Positions 23,814 to 37,177 of a stretch of 39,479 nt of DNA are shown here, piece after piece (the first letter of the stretch is position 1; the number at the start of each line of letters is the position of its first letter). The notes beneath the pieces were generated by a model. The model did no database searches and was not told the DNA's origin. It saw only the letters and a program-made list of their open reading frames with translations. Location: contig NW_021835414.1 in NCBI RefSeq assembly GCF_006345805.1, positions 1-39,479 on the forward strand, read 5' to 3'. The DNA is from Octopus sinensis (Eukaryota). The position numbers and the translations under genes were made by a program.

Positions 23814-24119
23814 TTGAAAGACTGCAATAAAGGAAGCAATGCAGCGTAATGTTCTATTTGATCCTGGTATCAGTTGAAGAGTAAACGAAGCTGCAGAGAG
23901 TGAGACCGAAGGAAAGAAGGGGTGGGGAACGGGTACTTGTGTTCTGCTTGTTTGACTCTTGAGTGTTGGCTTCGTAGTCATTGTTGTTGTTGCTGTTCTT
24001 GTTGGTGTTATTGTTCAAGGAAGTGTTGTAGCTGTGGACGACTTTGCAGAGAAACAGATGCAAACACTAGTCCCGTTCCCGTGCTGCACTCACGTGTAGG
24101 TTGGGCGCACAAGACACAC

Positions 24120-24124
24120 ACATA

Positions 24125-24186
<62 letters not shown>

Positions 24187-24350
24187 CACGCATACAAACA
24201 CACACACACACGCACAAACATATAATGTGTCTGTATCTGTGTGTGCGTGTGTGTGTGTGTGAATGTATGTACGCATATATGTATGTATGTGTAGGTAGAT
24301 AGATAGTTAGATAGAAAGATAGATAGATAAATGGATAGATGGATAGAAAG
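24120..24350. repeat. (CA)n/(GT)n/(GATA) tract
   Basis: Direct tandem repeats. Confidence 0.9.
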
Positions 24351-24355
24351 ATAAG

Positions 24356-24525
24356 TTTCTTTATTGGCCACACAGGGCTGCACACAGATGGGACAAGTTA
24401 CAAGGTAGAGCTTTTCTTTTGGGGGATGAAAAAAAAAAGAAAAAAAGGTGGCGTAGGTTTTCGATCAAGAGGGATCGTAAAAGGGAAAAAAGTAAAAAAA
24501 AAATGAAAAAGGAGGAAAAGAAAAA

Positions 24526-24526
<1 letters not shown>
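24356..24526 (-). mobile_element. 3' end of Tx1/L1-like LINE in (GATA)n
   Basis: Near-identical to 9521-9687. Confidence 0.65.
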
Positions 24527-25065
<539 letters not shown>

Positions 25066-25316
25066 TAGAGAACAGATAAAACTGTGACGTAGCCTAATAG
25101 AGATATAAAGTTAGCGCTCAAGTTAGCCTAAACTCCGATATGAATTGTGATTAAAACAAAAATTGCTCCGTAACTTCATGCACTTCTTACTCCCTTATTT
25201 ATGGTACCTTTTACTCCAACGCCATTGTAACTACTCTATATTCATGGTTAAATTAAAAAATCTATGTTTGAACATGCTTTGGCGGTTCACATTTTCTTTT
25301 TAATATCTTCGTACAT

Positions 25317-25718
25317 TAAGGCGGCGACCTGGCAGAATCGTTAGCACGCCGGGCGAAGTGCTTAGCATTATTTCGTCTGCCGCTTCGTTCTGTGTTCAAA
25401 TTCCGCCGCGGTCAACTTTGCCTTTCATCCTTTCGGGGTCGATTAAATAAGTACCAGTTACGCACTGGGGTCGATATAATCGACTTAATCCGTTTCTCTG
25501 TCCTTGTTTGTCCTTTCTGTGTTTATCCCCTTGTGGATAGTAAAGAAATAGAAAGAGGTATTTCGTCTGCCGCTACGTCCTGAGTTCAAATTCCGCCGAG
25601 GTCGACTTTGCCTTTCATCCTTTCGAGGGTCAATAAATTAAGTACCAGTAGTGTACTGGGTTCGATATAATCGACTGGTCGCCTCACTAAAATTACGGGC
25701 CTTGTGCCTAGAGTAGAA
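25317..25718 (+). mobile_element. Dimeric SINE-A (head-body-tail1-body-tail2)
   Basis: Body tatttcgtctgccgct.cgt.ctg.gttcaaattccgccg.ggtc.actttgcctttcatcctttcg occurs twice (about 25369 and 25559). Confidence 0.88.
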
Positions 25719-25916
25719 AAAAAATATCTACGTATGTACACATATATATCGATGAATTTAAGAGCAGTGAGTGATCAACTAGCAACGCTGAAAAAAAAAC
25801 AAAAAGAGAAATAGCTTCTATTGTAGTGTTTCGTAATAAATATAATTTGTTTGTTGTCCACAATGTCAGGTTGTGTCTCTTGACAATAATCACACTTAGA
25901 TTTACTTGTTATAAGA

Positions 25917-26092
25917 GGCTGTGTGGAAATGTCTTCTTCCGAACCTCGTGGTACCGCGTTCAGTATCACTACGTAGCACTTTGGACAAGTGTCTTCTGCT
26001 ATACGTACTGGGGTCGATTTGTTTGATTACAATTCTTCAAAGCAGTGTCCCAGCATTGCCGCAGTCTGATGCCCGGGGACAAAAGAGATAAA
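25917..26092 (+). mobile_element. Internally deleted, diverged SINE-B
   Basis: ggctgtgtgg...gcactttggacaagtgtcttctgctata joined to actggggtcgatttgtttgat...cagcattgccgcagtc. Confidence 0.7.
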
Positions 26093-26161
26093 TGACGAAA
26101 GGTCAATATTACATTTACCTCCATCGCTTATATTTACAAGTGTGTATACAAGGAATCAGCT

Positions 26162-26325
26162 CAGTGGTTCCCGACCTTTTCGCGGTGATTGCCAAACTCT
26201 TTTATTGAAATGGGTTTTCCCACGGACCCCTTTAAATACACATATCCTTATGAATACATATGAAATTTGGAATTTAGTTCAAGAACCCAGATCTACATTT
26301 GCGGACCCCAGGTTGGGAACTCCTG
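26162..26325. mobile_element. hAT-type MITE
   Basis: TIRs cagtggttcccgacct / aggttgggaactcctg; degenerate 8-bp TSD (aatcagct / cattagcc, 5 of 8). Confidence 0.7.
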
Positions 26326-27380
26326 CATTAGCCAAACAATGTTCAAAGAACATAAAAGATCGGTATCTTTTGTAGTAGAACTTGTCAGATAACATTTGGA
26401 AAGAATTGTAGAGTTTTAATTGTTATTTTTTCGTTCAATTAACTATTATTAATTATCGGGACATTTCTATAGAAACGCCATCCTCATGCTGTCAACTACA
26501 CACCATTAAACACGCACGCACACGCACACACACGTGCACACACACTCTCATACACACAAACGCAATCCTAGTTATTGTTGTTGATACTGTTGATGCTGTT
26601 GTTGTTGTCATTTTTATTGTTTTTGTTGTTCATGGGAAAAATGCTCCATCAAACCATCATATAATGATATTTATTCAACCGTTCTCCATCTTACCTCACT
26701 CCTCCCACTCATGATCACTCTTTCTCCTACTCTCTCTCCATTCTTTCTGTCTCTCCCTCCATATACATCCATCCATCCATCAATACATACATACATACAT
26801 ACACAAATACATATGTACATACATACATACATACATACATACATACACACATGAATACATACAAAGAGGGATGAGAGGAGGGTGAAAAAGCAATAAATAA
26901 ATATAAAGATGGAAGACGAGATGACTTCCCGATCAAAATTATTAGTTTGACGCTAAGTAAAAGCGGGAAATATTTTATGACGTTTCGGGCATTATCTCTT
27001 CTTCAGATCAGGGAGAATAGTTAAAAGCGAGGAGGAGAAAAGATCGGCGAAAACTTTTAAATGAACTAAAAGAAACAATAAAGGCGAAAATACTCTCATG
27101 AGACATGGTAGACATTGATCTATACATACAGAATCGGCTGTGTGTGCCTGTGTCAGCAGAAATGCTCGATATAAGCTCGATATAAGATTTCTTAACTTAC
27201 ATTTTTGCATTGTAAGAAGCTCTCAGTGTTTATTATTTGGTAATTTATATATAAATGTGTGTCTTTATAAATATATATGTCGTTTTGTTAAAGAATAACG
27301 AAAAAGTAATTAACAAAAACCATTAATTATCAACGCTAGCATTTTCTTTATGACTTAAAAAAAAAAAGAACAAATTCGAT

Positions 27381-27565
27381 TAGCTGGCAGAATTGTTACC
27401 GCGCCGGATAAAGCGCTTAGCTGTATTTCTTCTGACTTTACATTCTGAGACTTTAAATGCCACCGGGGTCGATTTCGTCTTTCATATTTTCAGGGTCGAT
27501 AAAATAAGCAGGAGTTGAGTAATGCAGTTAATGTAATCGACTATCCCCTTGTCCCCATATTTCAT
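27381..27565 (+). mobile_element. Diverged SINE-A copy
   Basis: tagctggcagaattgttaccgcgccggataaagcgcttagc...ggggtcgatttcgtctttcat...gggtcgataaaataag...gtaatcgact. Confidence 0.78.
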
Positions 27566-27599
27566 GTTTTGTAAAGGAGTACAAAGGATTTTACAAACA

Positions 27600-27603
27600 A
27601 GCA

Positions 27604-27667
<64 letters not shown>

Positions 27668-27678
27668 AGATAGATAGC

Positions 27679-27726
<48 letters not shown>

Positions 27727-27985
27727 CATAGATATAGATATAGATAAATAGATTGACATAAATATATAAATTGATACATACATAGATACATAAATACATA
27801 CCTACATAAATACATACATAGACACACACAAATACATACATACAAACATAAAAAGATACATACATACACAAATGCATACATGCACACATACATACATACA
27901 AATATACATACATACAAACATACATACATACATACATACATACATACATACATACATACATACATACATACAAACGAATATGTAT
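27600..27985. repeat. (AT)/(GA)/(GATA)/(CATA)n compound microsatellite
   Basis: Direct tandem repeats. Confidence 0.94.
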
Positions 27986-28435
27986 GTATGTGATCCATTT
28001 CCTTGATCCAGCAACACTATGAGCTCCAATGTTCCAAACGTGACCACCCCATCTATTTAGTCAACCACAGCATGTCCATGAATGCATCATATAATGTGAA
28101 TATTTTTGTAATGTTATGACGCATATGGTCCGATAAATGTCTCGTTTTTTGGTGGGGATTTTCTAACAAATCAATCGACAAGATCATTGACTCTGCGAAT
28201 TCTTCTCTTTTTTTTTATTTCTTGTGGAATCATTAAAGTGTTCAATACACGATTGCTGAGTGCAGTTACGTGTAACGAATCAATAAAAATTGTTATCGAT
28301 TAATAGATATATTTGATCCTGAAATATCAAACGACTCCATTGATAGTCTCGTGCAGCCTCACTAATTTCTACTGACTTTGCCCATTCAGTTTATTAGTTA
28401 CCTCTGCTCACCAAAACTCTTTGTGTGTGTATGTG

Positions 28436-28470
<35 letters not shown>

Positions 28471-28632
28471 GTGAGTGTGTGTGTGTGTATGAGTGAGTGT
28501 GTGTGACTACGCAAGTTTGTGAGTGTGTGTCTGTACTTACATATGTAGTATATATATATATATATATATATACGTATGTGTGTGTGTGTGTGTGTGTGTG
28601 TATGTATAAATGAGGGCGCAAAAGAACACTGG

Positions 28633-28743
28633 CAATTGCTAGAAATAAGAGTTAAACAATGTAACTCGGACAGCCACACAAAATCACAGTTATTTTGCGA
28701 GGCTATCCTCATTATATCTTTTAGCTCTTATTTCTAGCAATTG
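28633..28743. mobile_element. Small MITE-like inverted repeat
   Basis: Perfect 19-bp inverted repeat caattgctagaaataagag (28633-28651) / ctcttatttctagcaattg (28725-28743), extending imperfectly inward. Confidence 0.6.
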
Positions 28744-28809
28744 CAGGTGCTACTTTGCTCCCTCACTTATGAAGTCTACTTATTCGGTTTAATTGCTAGA
28801 GATACCTAC

Positions 28810-28848
28810 ACACAGGAGTGGCTGTGTGATAAGTAGCTTACTTAATAC
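28810..28848 (+). mobile_element. SINE-B head fragment
   Basis: caggagtggctgtgtgataagtagcttactta matches the head at 4370-4406 (reverse complement). Confidence 0.7.
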
Positions 28849-29760
28849 ACAGGAGAGTGCGTGTTTTTTTTTCTCACACTTAGAAGTGTGACGTTGAATT
28901 ATTGAAAAGTTGAAGCACGACTACAGGTAAGACGTTTGTTTTTTTTGGGGGAGCTCAGGAGGGGTCTGTTATTTGTAATTAATAATTTTTGTCGAACAAG
29001 GGTCTCCATTGGGTTCCAGACATTTGTCTGCCTGTGGTCGTGCTAAAAGATTCACTGTGTAGTGAGATTTGTGTTCTTTGGGAGGCGTATACCTCCGGAA
29101 AAGTTATTGTGAAAATTGTCTTCTTTTGACTGTGTTCGTGCCCTGGATTTACCCTGGATTTACGGAGGTGGCCAGAGTTAGATGAAAGTAGAAAATTTTG
29201 TGCTGCAACGGATTATTAACATTCACGTGAATTACCGGAGTAGCAAAATTGTGCGCCAATTGAACTGTCTTCCTGCCATTATGAACTGTCTTCCTTCATT
29301 CTTTCTTCTCTCTTCCGTCTTTCCGTCCTTTTTTTTTTTTTGTTTTTACTATCATTGACTTTATTATTGACTTCAGTTGAACGTTTTTTGGACCTATTGT
29401 TTGCGAACAATTTCACCTTTTCTCTTCTTCCATAAAAATGCCAAAGAAAACTTTGGAATTGGAGATCAAAGCACCAGAAAAGTGATTGAAGGATTTCAAA
29501 GAGAGGACCGTAGTGTTGAGAACCTATTGTAGGTCTCCCGAGACCATTACGGTTTTCTCTCACAACGATATTGAAAATGAGTTGGCAGGGTTGCTTCCAA
29601 CTTTTAGGTTTACCCGTAGGGGTGCGAAGTACGCAACTGTGTGCGTGCTTTTCGACACCCCTGCGGAGGCGCAAAAATTCGCAAGCCAAACTATATAAGA
29701 GGACAAAATTTTGTTTCCCCCTCATACGGTGGGCGAAAGCTGACAAGAGCTTTGGTGCGT
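28849..29760 (+). mobile_element. Probable 5' UTR plus ORF1 N-terminus of a Tx1/L1-like LINE (pseudogene)
   Basis: From ATG 29438: MPKKTLELEIKAPEK*LKDFKERTVVLRTYCRSPETITVFSHNDIENELAG..RRGAKYATVCVLFDTPAEAQKF; RRM-like beta/alpha pattern typical of L1/Tx1 ORF1; assignment from recall. Confidence 0.5.
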
Positions 29761-30106
29761 GGGCTACCACCGGGTATGGAGCTCTAATGGATAGAGGATT
29801 CTATCCGTCGGGGGCTGGGTGGCAGCACCGCCAGGCTTTCGAAAGTAAAAATTCTGCCTGCAGCTGATTAGGTCGGGTCAAAAGCAATTTTGACCCTATG
29901 GATCCAATCAGCAGTCGAGTTTATTTCAGATATTCTCCTCTTAAAAATCATCTCTCTGGCTAATCATTTGGAGGACGTTGGTGTTGCCTTGACGGAGGTT
30001 TGCACTCTCTGACCGCTCTTGTTGTATTCTTTTGGTTAGTGTTAATATTTTATTTCTTGATATCGGTATTAATAAATAGTGATATGTTAATAAATATAAC
30101 TAACAA

Positions 30107-30133
30107 GTGACTCATGAATTCTGGCCCACCCTG
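30107..30133 (-). mobile_element. Solo Tc1/mariner-like terminal inverted repeat
   Basis: Reverse complement TA|CAGGGTGGGCCAGAATTCATGAGTCAC, same CAGGGTGGG start as the TIR at 4412. Confidence 0.4.
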
Positions 30134-30169
30134 TATATATGTATACGTATGTACATAGATATATATATG

Positions 30170-30366
30170 CAGGAATCTCTCGCCATATCGCGGTTCCACT
30201 ATCGCAGTTTATTATTTAAGCTTACGTCGATTCCTTCGTTGTGTGTTTTGTATTTTTAATAAAATAAATATATACAAATTATAAAAGTAATTAAAAATAT
30301 ATATACAGTATTGTTTAGTACTTTGCTTTTTGGAACGTAACACCCGCGATAGTCGAGAGATTACTG
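30170..30366. mobile_element. pogo/Tigger-like MITE
   Basis: TIRs caggaatctctcgccatatcgcgg / ccgcgatagtcgagagattactg followed by TA; AT-rich interior. Confidence 0.7.
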
Positions 30367-30429
30367 TATATATATATAATATATATATGTGTGTATATAT
30401 ATATGCGCGCACCCACATATGTATGTATG

Positions 30430-30462
<33 letters not shown>

Positions 30463-30487
30463 ATGTATATATATATATGTATGTATA

Positions 30488-30714
30488 TTTCTTTATTGCC
30501 CACAAGGAGCTAAATACAGAGGGGACAAACAACAGACAATGGTATTAAGTCGATTACATCGACCCCAGTGCGTAACTGGTACTTAATTTATCGACCCCGA
30601 AAGGATGAAAGGCAAAGTCGACCTCGGCGGAATTTAAACTCAGAACGTAACGGCAGACGAAATACCGCTAAGCATTTCGTCCGGCGCGCTAACGTTTCTG
30701 CCAGCTCGCCACCA
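30488..30714 (-). mobile_element. SINE-A full-length, well conserved, with Tx1-like 3' tail
   Basis: Head ggtggcgagctggcagaaacgttagcgcgccggacgaaatgcttagcgg; tail tttgtcccctctgtatttagctccttgtgggcaataaagaaa. Confidence 0.9.
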
Positions 30715-30826
30715 ATGTATGTATGTATGTATGGATGAATGGATGGATGGATGGATGGATGGATGGATGGATGGATGCATATATGCGTGACTGTATGTAT
30801 ATGTGTATGTATACATATGTACATAT

Positions 30827-30870
30827 TCTTTTATTCGTTTCAGCCATGCGGCTGTGGTCATGCTGGAGCA
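30827..30870 (-). mobile_element. Isolated CR1/SINE-B type 3' tail fragment
   Basis: Sense tgctccagcatgaccacagccgcatggctgaaacgaataaaag. Confidence 0.6.
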
Positions 30871-31507
30871 TATATTTATCTAAATGCACATGTACATATA
30901 TGTGTAAAGAGAGACATGTGTATGTATGTGTTCATAAGAATATATATACACACACATTCCCAGAGACAGATAGGCAGATAGACAGACTGACAGACGGGCA
31001 GACAGAGACATAGTAAAACAAGACAAGAAACACTTTAGTGTGCGTCTATGAAAGATAGTGAATTACTGCATGTATGCATGATTACATGAATGTATATATA
31101 TATATATGTGTGCGTGCGTGTGTGTGTGTGCCTGTGATAGTCTGTATGTACGTATTATGTGTGTGTCTGTCTAGGGGTGGACACATAGGTGTGTGTGCGA
31201 GTGCTTTTGATTGTAGACGAGTATATATCTTATAATACTGTTTCGAGTCTATAATTCCAGTTATTTTCGTAATATTTATCTCTTTATCACATAACAACTG
31301 CACAGCGACATTGAATGAGGATTCGTGGTGAAGTAAAGTTAAACATGGCGACGAAATTGTTTGTAAATACGTTGTTAAGCATGTAATATTACCGCAGTTA
31401 TTAAACTAATCATGATCGGTAAGAATTAAAGAATTATTGCACGTAATCAGCATAATGAATTAATAAAGATAACAATTTTATTATCTTATATACATACATA
31501 CACATAA

Positions 31508-31574
<67 letters not shown>

Positions 31575-32387
31575 CGTGCGTGTGTGTGTGTATGTATGTA
31601 TGTATATATCTATATACATACATATATATATATATATGTATACATATATATATATATGTATATGTATGTATACACTCATGTAGAGACGTGAGTGCGTGTA
31701 TATACATATATGCACACACACACAAACATTCTTATTATTGTCCAGCAATCTATTTTGATTTGCAGTCATCAATCCTTCAAGAGTTAGATAAATATGGTCT
31801 AATGAATGGGCGCGTAGACATACTCACACAACCACACATACACAAACACACATCTGTATACGTATATATACATATATATATTTATATTATATAGAGGACC
31901 TTATTACACATAAATGCCGCACGCTAGGAGGGACTCTTAAAGTCAAAACTACCAAAATAAACATATTGTACCGAATGCAAGTCTCGAAGCGAGTCATTTA
32001 AAAACAGAATTTAGCTGCTGATCACCAGAGACTTCGTAATCAACGCAGTGGTTGCGTCCTTTACTCGTCAGTGCCGGCAAGATTCAAGATTTATAATGAA
32101 TGAACAAAATCAACATACCAGGCGATCAACCATCGTATCCGACGTAGCATATAGAACTGTTCACCCCTTATACATCTATGTAAACGGCGGGCTTTTTCGA
32201 ATTGCATTTCGGTTACAACGTGCTTATTCGGAATAAAAATTCAGTATTGAATAAACTCCGGTGAAATTTATAATTTAGAAATAGGATAAAATCTTCATAA
32301 GAAATTATCAAGTAGTTAGCGTGAAAAACCTCATAAGAGAAAAATACCTGTAAATTTTTTCCACTTGAATGTATTTATATATATATA

Positions 32388-32590
32388 TACTCTTTTACTT
32401 GTTTCAGTAATTTGACCGTAGCCATGCTGCAGCACTACCTTTAGTCGAACAAATCGACTCCAGGACTTATTCTTTGTAAGCCAAGTACTTATTCTATCGC
32501 TTCCCTTCTGCTGAAATGCTAAGTTACGCGACCGTAAACACACCAGCATCGGTGTCAAGCGAAGGGGTGGGGACAAACACAGACACACAA

Positions 32591-32621
<31 letters not shown>

Positions 32622-32623
32622 AC

Positions 32624-32669
<46 letters not shown>

Positions 32670-32785
32670 ACGGGCTTTTTTAAGTTTCCGCCGACCAAAT
32701 CCACTCACAAGGCCTTGGTCGGCCCGAAGCTATAGTAGAAGACACGTGCCCAAGTGCCAGGCAGTGTGACTGAAACCGGAACCAT
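32388..32785 (-). mobile_element. SINE-B near full-length with internal (CA)n(AT)n
   Basis: Reverse complement homologous to 5401-5744 throughout. Confidence 0.9.
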
Positions 32786-32797
32786 ATTATATATATA

Positions 32798-33214
32798 CAT
32801 TTAAAAGAAGAAATGAAAATGGAGATAAGGAAGTTAATAATTGTTTATTATTATCAAATTGGTAATCTTCGCTTCTCACAGCCGTTTCAATTAATACTCA
32901 ATAATTCAATTACAGATTTGTACATTAAATTTACATTTAAATTTACATTTCATCAGAGAAATAAAAGATAATCTCTGGCTGAATGAGACTCTGCTGAAAT
33001 GAATTGATAGATCTACATATAACATCAAACGCTACATCTTTTCCTTTCTCTGATGAAATTATGTTCATGTCACATAAATTTAAATTTTATGTAAATATTT
33101 GCAATTAAATTATAGAGTATTAATTGAAACGGCTGTAAGAAACGAAAATCCCTAATTTGTTAATAATAAACAATTATTAACTTCCTAATCTCCCTTTTTT
33201 TCTTGTTTTAAATG
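32798..33214. mobile_element. Fold-back element 3 (about 170-bp arms, 65-bp spacer), Penelope pLTR-like with hammerhead
   Basis: 32798-32969 is the reverse complement of 33035-33214 (ggagat.aggaagttaataattgtttattatt..caaatt...ttct.acagccgtttcaattaatactc...atttcatcagagaaa). Confidence 0.82.
33045..33142 (+). ncRNA. Minimal type-I hammerhead ribozyme with canonical core and extended stem II
   Basis: UUUCU-CUGAUGA-AAUUA..(69-nt domain)..UAAUU-GAAAC-GGCU-GUA-AGAAA; predicted cleavage 3' of A33137. Confidence 0.68.
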
Positions 33215-33465
33215 GATATAAACTATATGCTTAATATATACCTAATGACTTAAGGGAGTTTCATTCCCCGAAATTCTCGGTATTGAACCAGTATTTTCTT
33301 GGGTGCAACCATCCCTACACTAGGTTTACATATCCTCTAATTAATTTTCTATATATATATATATATATATATATTATATTATATATATATATTATACATG
33401 AATATGTATATATATATATGCGTGTGTGTGTGTGTGTGTGTGTGTATAAATAATACTTATATAGA

Positions 33466-33555
33466 TACGGGAAGCTTATGAAAATAACAAAAGACGAAGG
33501 CAGTGGAAAACATAACGAACAATTGTATTAGTATGGCGCTCAGGAAATATAAATA
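33466..33555. mobile_element. About 90-bp interspersed repeat (copy 2)
   Basis: Near-identical to 11937-12027. Confidence 0.75.
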
Positions 33556-33622
33556 AAACAAGTCTTTAACTTTTTATATATATATATATTATACACCACA
33601 CATATATATCTTTTTTCTTTTA

Positions 33623-33742
33623 TCTTACTCTTTTCTTTGTTTCAGTCTTTTGACACACACACACATATATGTATATATATATATATATATATGTATGTAT
33701 ATATGTATATATATATATATATATACATATAGATATAGATAT

Positions 33743-33841
<99 letters not shown>

Positions 33842-34008
33842 TAGGACAGGCTTCTTTCAGTTTTCGGCTACTAAATCCACTCACAAGGCTTTGTTCGACC
33901 CAAGGCTATACTAGAAGACGCTTGTCCAAGGTGTCACGCTGTAGGACTGAACCCGGTTCCATGTAGGCAGTAAGCATGCTACTTACCACACAGTAACTTC
34001 TGCGCCCA
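33623..34008 (-). mobile_element. SINE-B copy with deleted 3' half and expanded internal (AT)/(GATA)n
   Basis: Head and CORE-like part at 33844-34008; short tail remnant tactcttttctttgtttcagtc at 33623-33650. Confidence 0.82.
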
Positions 34009-34278
34009 TATTTCTATATATATATATATATTTCCGACGTGCGTCAGTTAAGATGTTAATAATCTCTTTTTATCTAACGTCGTCCACCTTTCGTCATCTA
34101 CACTAACTACATACATGCTTCACTTTTACTATCGTCATTCATACATTTCGATACCTGGATCGTACTTACCTATTAGCACATACATATGTGTGTGTGTTTG
34201 CGTCAGTGTGTCTATGTGTTTAGAGAGAGGGACAGACGGACAGACAGAAAGACAGAGTATTTGATTGATTGATGATTG

Positions 34279-34323
34279 ATTCTAGTTTCAGCTCACGAGC
34301 TGTGGCCATGCTGGAGCACCGAC
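34279..34323 (-). mobile_element. CR1 3' terminal fragment (45 bp) with (ATCA)n tail
   Basis: Sense gtcggtgctccagcatggccacagctcgtgagctgaaactagaatcaatc; matches the CR1 3' end at 34551-34595. Confidence 0.7.
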
Positions 34324-34489
34324 GGTATGATGTATTCTAATTTATCAATATTTTTATACGTGCGGATTCACCAGCGCGGTAAGCACTCCGCCAGATTGCC
34401 ATCTTAATTTGATAACAATATTGCGTAAGAATATATATATAATCTCAAAGATCGTCGTACTATTTCTTCTAGGTTACACGAATTTTTAA

Positions 34490-34531
<42 letters not shown>

Positions 34532-34544
34532 GTATACATATATA

Positions 34545-35705
<1,161 letters not shown>

Positions 35706-35939
35706 TATGTACGTGGGCTTGCGTGTGTTTCTGTGTGTATGTGTGTGTGCATCGTGTATGTTTGTGTTAACGTGCATATGTGTATGTGTATCTGTGTTTT
35801 TCTTCTTGGGTGATTTATTTCTAATAGAAAAAAATAAATAAACGATGTGTAAAGACTGCCAGGCACCTGTAGCAATTTCTACAACACGGCCATTAAATTT
35901 GATAAGCAGTTTTATGGTTGACTTATGAACCCGGCACAT

Positions 35940-35998
35940 ACTTTCTTGTATATCTGTATGTATATGTACATATGTGTATATACATATATACTATATAT

Positions 35999-36045
<47 letters not shown>

Positions 36046-36098
36046 ATGTATGTACTATGTATATATACATATATATATATATAGTATCTATCTATATA

Positions 36099-36135
<37 letters not shown>

Positions 36136-36460
36136 ATATATAATATCTATAATATATATGTATATATATATATATATGGATTATATATATATATATGGAT
36201 ATATATACGCATGCTTATGTATGCACGTATTTATAAAACTACATACTACACATATATATTTACAAAGTATATTGCGATTCAGTTGTGTATATATATGTTT
36301 GTGTGAGTGTGTATGTGAGTTTTGTGTCTGTGTGTTGTACATATATATATATATATATATTATAATATATATATATATAATATATATATATATAATATAC
36401 ATATATATACATGTATGTATGTATATATATACATATATATATACCATACATATGTATATA

Positions 36461-36493
<33 letters not shown>

Positions 36494-37128
36494 TATGTAT
36501 GTATGTATATTTATGTATGTATATATGCGAACGCTCATAATTAGAAACGCAAGTACTCATTCATACGTAGATATCAATGAAACCCCTAACCCAACACACA
36601 CATACGTGTGTGTGTTCTCAAAACATGCCCCACCCCTGTATATGATAATGTCACTTCACTACATAGCTGATGACCGTTTGTGAGCTAAGCCCCATACCTA
36701 TATTGTTGCTGTAATTAGTGAGAAATTATACATAAATTAGGCACTAATTACTGTGTCTATATAAGCATGGGGCTAACTTGCTTATTTCCGGCTTGTTACT
36801 GTTTTCTTTCCGCTTGTATCCTAAATTTTATTGTTTTTTATTTAATTGTTCTTTTTTTTATTTGGATGTTATTTGTTTGTTTTGTCGCATACCAGAATTG
36901 GATGGGTTTCGTGCGTATATATTCGACCGTGTGTTCGTGTGGGCATTGAATCACATAAAAACGCATACATTTTTGTGAATACATACACTCATAGACAACA
37001 TATATATATACATACACATATATATATACACATATATATATACATATATATACACATAAATCTGCATATATATATATATGTATGTATATGTATTATACTA
37101 ATATGTGTATATATATGTCCACATATAC

Positions 37129-37177
<49 letters not shown>

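Noticed and set aside
25317-25420. tRNA gene at SINE-A or SINE-B heads
   Set aside because: Only A-box and B-box-like motifs; no complete cloverleaf and each continues into a SINE body
27008-27110. Possible exon after tctcttcttcag
   Set aside because: All three frames contain stops before the candidate donor
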